This document shows, one piece after another, positions 1 through 4,822 of a stretch of DNA of 44,450 nt (positions are counted from its first letter, which is position 1; the number at the start of each line of letters is the position of its first letter). The stretch is taken from the IMG/VR virus record IMGVR_UViG_3300011005_000524, positions 1 to 44,450 of that record. One strand, given 5' to 3'. Position numbers and translations under genes: made by a program. The DNA is from a virus. The notes beneath the pieces were generated by a model, which was not told the DNA's origin, did no database searches, and was given only the letters and a program-made list of their open reading frames with translations.

Positions 1-94
1 TGTTCCAGTCCCCGGTGTTCCAGTCCCCGGTGTTCCAGTCCCCGGTGTTCCAGTCCCCGGTGTTCCAGTCCCCGGTGTTCCAGTCCCCGGTGTT
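1..94. repeat. Terminal direct repeat of the contig: 1..94 is identical to 44357..44450 (circular closure or assembly overlap)
   Basis: Both ends read (TGTTCCAGTCCCCGG)x6 + TGTT. Removing one copy joins the two halves of a single minus-strand ORF in frame (421+447-94 = 774 nt = 258 codons). Confidence 0.85.
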
Positions 95-105
95 GCAGCG
101 ACCCG
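1..105. repeat. Tandem 15-bp repeat TGTTCCAGTCCCCGG, 6 perfect units (1-90) plus one degenerate unit (91-105)
   Basis: Read directly. The units are identical at every nucleotide. The unit length equals 5 codons of the minus-strand ORF (AAC ACC GGG GAC TGG = NTGDW). Confidence 0.95.
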
Positions 106-421
106 TGCAATCTTTTCCTTCATTCACGATCCGCAGCACTTCATCCCACGGAATTTCACGGACTATCCTGATCTTGTTGGTGCAAGATTTCTTTCCGTCT
201 GAATCTACTGCACCAAGGGCTTCAATCTCCGCAACCTTATTTGCAGAATCAAACTTGTAATATTCAAAACAATCTGAAGCCTTTTCACAAAAATGAAATC
301 CACGATTGCACACATCAGGTTCACAATCCATTTCATATGTTTGACCCACCTCATATTGAAAGTTTCTACAAGTCCAATCAGGATTGAACACCTTGAAACC
401 TTTTATGATTTCATTTTCCAT
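1..421 (-). CDS. Early repeat protein, 5' part: Cys-rich N-terminal domain followed by NTGDW pentapeptide repeats. The ORF is open to position 1 and resumes in frame at 44450..44004 once the 94-nt terminal overlap is removed
   Basis: Minus-strand ATG at 421..419. Translation MENEIIKGFKVFNPDWTCRNFQYEVGQTYEMDCEPDVCNRGFHFCEKASDCFEYYKF...GRCNTGDW(NTGDW)n. No stop before the window edge, so it is absent from the ORF track. Confidence 0.75.
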   Translation of the reverse strand, partial: MENEIIKGFKVFNPDWTCRNFQYEVGQTYEMDCEPDVCNRGFHFCEKASDCFEYYKFDSANKVAEIEALGAVDSDGKKSCTNKIRIVREIPWDEVLRIVNEGKDCTGRCNTGDWNTGDWNTGDWNTGDWNTGDWNTGDWN

Positions 422-435
422 ATTCACACCGCCCT

Positions 436-840
436 TCAAACCTTGCAGAAAACCGCTTCATTGATGATATAGACAAACTTGTCACCCGTTCCCTTGCATC
501 CGTACAGACCGGGAATGTCACGGTTCACTGCAATTTTTGATGCGGTGTCCTTGTCAACACCAAGCAGCTTTGTCAGATCATTCAATGTGATCCTGTGAAT
601 GCCCGTCTTATCAGAAGGGGTGACAACCGCCTTTGTCACATCGGGATCATCCTGATCAAAGAAATCCGAGGCAAGTCCAAGTGATACCGCAATACCACGC
701 TTTTTCTGTTCGCCGGGTTCGCACTTATCATTCAGGTACATACTGATTGCCCCCTTGCTGCATCCTGTCAGGGTGACAACCTGTGTCTGTGTAATGTTCA
801 TCTGCTGCATAGCCTTTTTTAACTGATCTGAAAATTTCAT
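436..840 (-). CDS. XRE-family helix-turn-helix DNA-binding protein (early operon)
   Basis: ORF 436..861. HTH-like SDQLKKAMQQMNITQTQVVTLTGCSKGAISMYLNDK. The third in-frame ATG (840) has GGTGA 5 nt upstream, while the ORF-track ATG at 861 has no SD. Confidence 0.7.
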   Translation of the reverse strand: MKFSDQLKKAMQQMNITQTQVVTLTGCSKGAISMYLNDKCEPGEQKKRGIAVSLGLASDFFDQDDPDVTKAVVTPSDKTGIHRITLNDLTKLLGVDKDTASKIAVNRDIPGLYGCKGTGDKFVYIINEAVFCKV

Positions 841-866
841 TGATTTCACCATTCCTTTCATAAAAT

Positions 867-882
867 GTTAAGACATCTTAAC
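867..882. promoter_or_regulatory. Perfect 16-bp palindrome GTTAAGACATCTTAAC (operator-like or RNA hairpin element)
   Basis: Read directly. It sits in the 6-nt gap/stop codon between the two HTH genes. Same half-sites as 2176-2191. Confidence 0.6.
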
Positions 883-1092
883 TTCTTCGGTAAAAAAATA
901 AACGGGGATAAACTCAACCGGGATTGATAGCAGTTCACACGCCTTGTTCATTTCAGGTGCGGTGAACGGAACACGATTGTTCAACTTGGCTGACAGGGAC
1001 ACATGGGACAAACCCATTGCTTCAGCAAATTTCTGTTCACTTCCGAATACTTCCCTGATTTTGCCCCTTAACTTTGAATAATTGAATGCCAC
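868..1092 (-). CDS. Small HTH protein resembling the phage DUF739 family (Cro/regulator candidate)
   Basis: MAFNYSKLRGKIREVFGSEQKFAEAMGLSHVSLSAKLNNRVPFTAPEM matches the pattern I recall for DUF739 phage regulators. Confidence 0.65.
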   Translation of the reverse strand: MAFNYSKLRGKIREVFGSEQKFAEAMGLSHVSLSAKLNNRVPFTAPEMNKACELLSIPVEFIPVYFFTEEVKMS

Positions 1093-1096
1093 TGTT

Positions 1097-1306
1097 TTAT
1101 ACCTTCCTTTCTGCTTCCCCGTCCGGGAATGCGTTATTGTTATACTGCTTTCTGATCCTGACCCGGATTCCGTCTGTTGAACTGTATTCTTCTATAACTC
1201 TATACATCCCCGGCTTTTGGTTCAGATCTGCAATATATTCCTGATAATCTCCCATTGTAGGGAATACAAGGATTTGTTCAATCCATGCACACACGATTTT
1301 CTTCAT
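1097..1306 (-). CDS. Hypothetical early protein (69 aa)
   Basis: ORF co-oriented and tightly packed in the early operon; 4-nt overlap with the upstream gene. Confidence 0.5.
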   Translation of the reverse strand: MKKIVCAWIEQILVFPTMGDYQEYIADLNQKPGMYRVIEEYSSTDGIRVRIRKQYNNNAFPDGEAERKV

Positions 1307-1509
1307 ACACCTAATCCTTTCATTACATCCCGGATCATGGCAACCCCTGAATCACAAGCAACATTGATGATGCGTTTTCCACCATTTACAAATGTCGCAG
1401 TAACTTCTTCAGTCTTTTCATCATAGATCAGGGAAGCCAAATCATCCGCACCCCTTGTTGCCTGACAGGTAAAAAGCAACCTGTTCAATATTTCCTGTTT
1501 GTTTTCCAT
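1303..1509 (-). CDS. Hypothetical early protein (68 aa)
   Basis: ORF co-oriented in the early operon; no recognisable motif. Confidence 0.5.
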   Translation of the reverse strand: MENKQEILNRLLFTCQATRGADDLASLIYDEKTEEVTATFVNGGKRIINVACDSGVAMIRDVMKGLGV

Positions 1510-1524
1510 TCCTTCACCGTTCCT

Positions 1525-1857
1525 TCAAAGATTGCTATGCAGCTTTTTCCATAGCCGTTCAAGCCTTTTGCGGTCAAGTCTGTTGGCATATACGATTTCC
1601 TGAAGTTCATTCATGGTATCAACCAACATATTTCTATAACCGTCTGATATTGCTTCATAGTCATCCCCGATCTTGTCAATCCCGTATTCATCCATGATCT
1701 GATCCCGTTCTTCTTCGATGACTTCATCAAACAACCTTGCTGCTTCCATTCCGCAATATTCATCAATGATTTCCCGAAGTTCTTCTTTAGGTTCAAGGAT
1801 CGTTCTGATCTGTTTCTTGCGCTTTATGATCCGGGGAATTTCAATCACGCTTCCCAA
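1525..1857 (-). CDS. Hypothetical acidic helical early protein (110 aa)
   Basis: ORF co-oriented in the early operon; Glu/Asp-rich; no motif recognised. Confidence 0.5.
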   Translation of the reverse strand: MGSVIEIPRIIKRKKQIRTILEPKEELREIIDEYCGMEAARLFDEVIEEERDQIMDEYGIDKIGDDYEAISDGYRNMLVDTMNELQEIVYANRLDRKRLERLWKKLHSNL

Positions 1858-1872
1858 GTCATCACATCCTTT

Positions 1873-2088
1873 CTATACAACAACGCATCCAAGGGTGTTT
1901 GCATCCAGTCCTGAAGGAATGTCATCATCCATCAGCGTTTGAAACCAATCTTCCAAATCCATTCTTTGCAGCCTGTCATAACAGTCCGGGCAAATAAAGG
2001 GATTCATGGAAAACTGTTCATGATCCGCTTTCATTTCGCTGACTTCTTCACCACTGAACTTGTCACCGCATTTTGTGCAAATCTTCAT
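1873..2088 (-). CDS. Small zinc-ribbon protein, first gene of the early operon
   Basis: CTKCG...CPDC pairs (MKICTKCGDKF...FICPDCYDRL). SD GGAAAGGATGGAAG lies upstream of the ATG. Confidence 0.55.
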   Translation of the reverse strand: MKICTKCGDKFSGEEVSEMKADHEQFSMNPFICPDCYDRLQRMDLEDWFQTLMDDDIPSGLDANTLGCVVV

Positions 2089-2109
2089 CTTCCATCCTTT
2101 CCGGCATAA

Positions 2110-2135
2110 ATAGCCAAATCATCATTCCTTGTGGT
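2110..2135. repeat. Left copy of a perfect 26-bp inverted repeat (ATAGCCAAATCATCATTCCTTGTGGT)
   Basis: Its reverse complement, ACCACAAGGAATGATGATTTGGCTAT, is found exactly at 3515-3540. It lies in the 5' leader of the early operon, between the promoter/operator and the first ATG. Confidence 0.9.
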
Positions 2136-2175
2136 TTCTTTTTTTGTAGCTCACCGCTGCAACGGTGTTTGTGTA

Positions 2176-2191
2176 GTTAAGAACTCTTAAC
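2176..2191. promoter_or_regulatory. Perfect 16-bp palindrome GTTAAGAACTCTTAAC (candidate primary operator, just downstream of the early -10)
   Basis: Read directly. GTTAAGA and TCTTAAC are reverse complements. Confidence 0.65.
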
Positions 2192-2199
2192 TTGAAACA

Positions 2200-2228
2200 A
2201 GAATACACCTTCATAAAATCTTTGTCAA
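2200..2228 (-). promoter_or_regulatory. Candidate early (lytic) promoter: TTGACA-17 nt-TATTCT on the minus strand
   Basis: -35 at 2228..2223 and -10 at 2205..2200, read on the reverse complement. Points into the early operon. Confidence 0.45.
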
Positions 2229-2236
2229 TAACTTTT

Positions 2237-2252
2237 TATAAGTTTTCTTAAC
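2237..2252. promoter_or_regulatory. Degenerate copy of the 16-bp palindrome (TATAAGTTTTCTTAAC, 11/14 specified positions)
   Basis: Right half-site TCTTAAC is perfect; it lies between the divergent promoters. Confidence 0.4.
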
Positions 2253-2268
2253 TTTTTTTCAAGAAAGA

Positions 2269-2297
2269 TTGAAAAAGTCTTAACTTTATCGTATAAT
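2269..2297 (+). promoter_or_regulatory. Candidate repressor-maintenance promoter TTGAAA-17 nt-TATAAT; its -35 overlaps a degenerate palindrome copy (2269-2284 TTGAAAAAGTCTTAAC)
   Basis: -35 at 2269-2274, -10 at 2292-2297, 17-nt spacer; 37 nt upstream of the repressor ATG. Confidence 0.55.
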
Positions 2298-2333
2298 CAA
2301 GGGTGCAAAACTATATGAAAGTAGGTGAAGCAG

Positions 2334-2768
2334 ATGACAAAGAAAGTTGCCACTTTTCAGCAGCGTTTTATTCAGGCTATGGATATTCGGGGAATGCGTC
2401 AGATTGACATTGCAAATAGATCAGGACTTGACAAGGCACAAATCAGCCAATACAAGACCGGGAAATATGAACCAATGCAAGATGCGCTTCACAAAATAGC
2501 TGAAGCACTGAATGTCAATGTGTCTTGGCTCATGGGCTATGATGTACCAATGGAAATAGACCGTGCAAGACTTGAACAGGAAGTTGAAGCCTGTGAACTG
2601 ATTGAACGCTGCTATGGAACAGGGGCAAGGGAACTTGTCAGGTACTTTGTCAAATTGAATGAACTTGGAAGAAACAAGATCATGAATGAGATTCAAGACA
2701 TGGTTCAGTTATCAAAATATACTGAATCTGAAAAAAGGGAAGAATCATCAGGAAAGAAGGCAATCTGA
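2334..2768 (+). CDS. CI-like XRE-family repressor (HTH only, no S24 peptidase motif seen)
   Basis: ORF 2325..2768. FQQRFIQAMDIRGMRQIDIANRSGLDKAQISQYKTGKYEP HTH. AGGTGA lies 5 nt before the ATG at 2334. Divergent from the early operon. Confidence 0.75.
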   Translation: MTKKVATFQQRFIQAMDIRGMRQIDIANRSGLDKAQISQYKTGKYEPMQDALHKIAEALNVNVSWLMGYDVPMEIDRARLEQEVEACELIERCYGTGARELVRYFVKLNELGRNKIMNEIQDMVQLSKYTESEKREESSGKKAI

Positions 2769-2798
2769 TCTATGTTGATTTCAATGCGCCCCGGAACT

Positions 2799-2991
2799 GG
2801 TAACGGTTGGTAACGGGGTAGCGGTTGATTCTATACTACTATTTTTTTATATTTTTTTCTTTCACGGGTAAAGATAACCTTTAGAAATATAAAGAAATGA
2901 CAATCAACAGTTACCAACAGTTACCGCTTTATTTTTTCAGATGTTCCAACCGCTACCTTGAACAGTTACCAACAGTTACCCAACAGATACC
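2799..2991. repeat. Element A: GGTAAC/GGTAGC direct repeats (2799, 2809, 2817), an ~85-bp AT-rich core, then 6 inverted GTTACC/GCTACC/GATACC repeats (2910-2991) at ~10-bp spacing
   Basis: Read directly. About 75-80% identical by eye, in the same orientation, to 30762-30952 (element B). Confidence 0.85.
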
Positions 2992-3013
2992 AAAGAAAGG
3001 AAGGTCAAAAAGT

Positions 3014-3460
3014 ATGTTCGGAATCGGAAAAAAGAAAGAAATCAGAAAAGAAGTTGTCGGATCATACATTTCAGGGCTTGACTTCCCTGAAAATGTTGTT
3101 GTCCTTGTCACCCTGACCGGGGAAAAGGTCATGATCAATGCGCCCAGTCTGAAAAAGGAATATTCAATCAACCTTGAACGAGTATTGAACATTTCAGAAT
3201 ACAATGAAACAGAAATTGAAACCGTGATGAAGTCATCTCTTGCAAAAGGTCTGATCGGCGCATCTGCTTTTGGTCTTGTCGGTGCTATCGTAGGAAGTCA
3301 ACCAACTGCAAAGCAGAAGAAAAAAGTGCATTCTTTCTTGTTGATCGAATATGCAGACGGTCAGATTACAATAGCATCTGAAGCACCTTGGACGATCACC
3401 GCACTTGTCAAACAGTTTCGGGAATTAAAGCCGGATGTTCAGCAGCGCATTGAACTTTAA
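3014..3460 (+). CDS. Lysogeny-cassette cargo protein (148 aa) with one glycine-zipper hydrophobic segment; function unknown
   Basis: ORF 2897..3460. The upstream part is translation of the element A repeats. The ATG at 3014 follows AAGGAAGG. Hydrophobic segment GLIGASAFGLVGAIVG. Confidence 0.6.
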   Translation: MFGIGKKKEIRKEVVGSYISGLDFPENVVVLVTLTGEKVMINAPSLKKEYSINLERVLNISEYNETEIETVMKSSLAKGLIGASAFGLVGAIVGSQPTAKQKKKVHSFLLIEYADGQITIASEAPWTITALVKQFRELKPDVQQRIEL

Positions 3461-3514
3461 TCAAATGCAAAAGACCCCTGAAGGTTGCAGCCTTCAAGGG
3501 TCAGAACCAAAAAC

Positions 3515-3540
3515 ACCACAAGGAATGATGATTTGGCTAT
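3515..3540. repeat. Right copy of the 26-bp inverted repeat (ACCACAAGGAATGATGATTTGGCTAT)
   Basis: Exact reverse complement of 2110-2135; 58 nt upstream of the integrase start codon. Confidence 0.9.
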
Positions 3541-3575
3541 GCAGAATCAATTTTATCATCATCCTTGTGGTTTTT
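3516..3575 (+). terminator. Long hairpin plus T-run upstream of int (terminator of the repressor-cargo transcript or an int leader element)
   Basis: 5' arm CCACAAGGAATGATGAT (3516-3532) pairs with ATCATCATCCTTGTGG (3555-3570): 16 bp with a 1-nt bulge and a 22-nt loop, followed by TTTTT (3571-3575). Confidence 0.65.
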
Positions 3576-3598
3576 CAAGAAAGGAATGGTGATTTTCT

Positions 3599-4615
3599 AT
3601 GGGAAAACGAAACCCCAACGGCTATGGTTGTGTGACCAAATTGAAAGGGAACAGATCAAGACCTTGGATGATCAAGGTGACGGTTTATGATGAAAACGGG
3701 GGATCAAAACAAGTCCCGGTTGGATATGCAGACACACATGAAAACGCCTTGATCTTGCTTGCCAAATACAACAATAATCCATGGGAAGTTGACCGGGAAA
3801 CCGTCACCCTTGCGGTGCTTTATCAGCGTTGGTCAGTGATGAAAATGCCTAAACTGTCAAAGGGAAGCCAAAATTCCCTGAAGTCAGCGTTCAAGCATTG
3901 TTCAAAATACTATGGCACGAAATACCGGGCATTGCGTTCATATCAAATGCAAGACTGCATTGACGGGTGCGGATGTGGTTATTCAACACAAGCTGCAATC
4001 AAGAACCTGTTCGGGCATCTTGACCGCTTTGCCTTTGAATGTGACATCATTGAAAAGATGTATTCACAACTAACGACTGCTGCCCCGATCCCGGACACAA
4101 GTAGAACACCCTTCACCGCTGAACAGATTGAAGCCTTGTGGAAAATCAAAAATGATCCTTGGTGTGATTCAGTCCTGATCTTTCTTTATACTGGATTCCG
4201 ATTGACTGAACTTCTGACCATGAAGATTGAACAAGTGAACTTGAAGGAAAAGACATTCACCGGGGGAATAAAAACAAGAAACGGCAAAGATCGAATTGTC
4301 CCAATTCATCCAAGGATTGAACCTTTGGTAAAGGCACGGGTCAAACAGGCTGATGAATACCTGTTCACATATCAGGGCAAGAAAATCACACAATCCAAGT
4401 ATTACGAATTTTGGAATGCTCTGATGCAGAAGATTGATGCAGAAAAGACCCCACATGAAGCCCGTCACACATTTGAAACACTGCTTGATAATGCCGGGGG
4501 CAATCGCAAGTGCATTGATCTTCTTATGGGTCACAAGTCAAAGGATGTGGGAAACCGTGTCTATAATCACAAAACCTTGGATCAGTTACGGGAAACGATT
4601 GAACTTTTGAAATGA
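3599..4615 (+). CDS. int: Tyrosine recombinase / phage integrase with an N-terminal arm-type DNA-binding domain
   Basis: C-terminal HEARHTFETLL...LMGHKSKDVGNRVYNH (R..HxxR..Y catalytic pattern). N-terminus GYGCVTKLKGNRSRPWMIKV resembles AP2-like integrase arm-binding domains. Confidence 0.9.
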   Translation: MGKRNPNGYGCVTKLKGNRSRPWMIKVTVYDENGGSKQVPVGYADTHENALILLAKYNNNPWEVDRETVTLAVLYQRWSVMKMPKLSKGSQNSLKSAFKHCSKYYGTKYRALRSYQMQDCIDGCGCGYSTQAAIKNLFGHLDRFAFECDIIEKMYSQLTTAAPIPDTSRTPFTAEQIEALWKIKNDPWCDSVLIFLYTGFRLTELLTMKIEQVNLKEKTFTGGIKTRNGKDRIVPIHPRIEPLVKARVKQADEYLFTYQGKKITQSKYYEFWNALMQKIDAEKTPHEARHTFETLLDNAGGNRKCIDLLMGHKSKDVGNRVYNHKTLDQLRETIELLK

Positions 4616-4636
4616 TAATTATTTTTACATTGAACA

Positions 4637-4654
4637 AGTAACAAATTAGTAACA
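4637..4654 (+). repeat. 18-mer AGTAACAAATTAGTAACA (two GTAAC cores 11 bp apart), copy 1 of 3
   Basis: Exact copies at 4800-4817 (same orientation) and 28116-28133 (inverted). Confidence 0.9.
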
Positions 4655-4656
4655 AA

Positions 4657-4698
4657 AAAGCCGTGAAACCCTATAAAATAAAGGTTTCACGGCTTTTC
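4657..4698. terminator. Bidirectional intrinsic terminator between int (+) and endolysin (-)
   Basis: AAGCCGTGAAACC (4658-4670) / GGTTTCACGGCTT (4683-4695), 12-nt loop. TTTC follows on plus and TTTTTTG on minus. Confidence 0.75.
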
Positions 4699-4741
4699 AA
4701 AACTCATTATACCATAAAAAACCACTCTTTACCATATCACA

Positions 4742-4775
4742 AACACCGCAAAAGTTCAATATTTTATGCGGTGTT
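4742..4775. other. Hairpin AACACCGCA-16 nt-TGCGGTGTT followed by the direct repeat AAACGGTGCT x2 (4776-4795)
   Basis: Read directly; no T-run on either strand; lies in the int-lysin intergenic region (candidate attP region). Confidence 0.6.
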
Positions 4776-4799
4776 AAACGGTGCTAAACGGTGCTATTT

Positions 4800-4817
4800 A
4801 GTAACAAATTAGTAACA
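4800..4817 (+). repeat. 18-mer AGTAACAAATTAGTAACA, copy 2 of 3
   Basis: Exact match to 4637-4654; 5 nt from the endolysin stop codon. Confidence 0.9.
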
Positions 4818-4822
4818 CGGAA

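Noticed and set aside
1-105. The tandem 15-bp repeats and the GGTAAC arrays (2799-2991, 30604-30952) as CRISPR arrays
   Set aside because: The units are 6-15 bp with no unique spacers of 25-40 bp, there are no cas genes, and the 15-bp array is coding.
15-260. Plus-strand ORF encoding (FQSPV)n (81 aa)
   Set aside because: It is the antisense reading of the 15-bp repeat. The minus strand gives a continuous ORF with a start, an SD-like sequence, a recognisable N-terminal domain and an in-frame continuation at the other contig end. The plus ORF has no SD and no operon context.
4616-4822. A possible tRNA or tmRNA fragment as the integration target copy in the int-lysin gap
   Set aside because: I could not fold any cloverleaf or find a T-arm GTTCRANYC-like motif. 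The hairpins there look like a terminator and a simple stem-loop.
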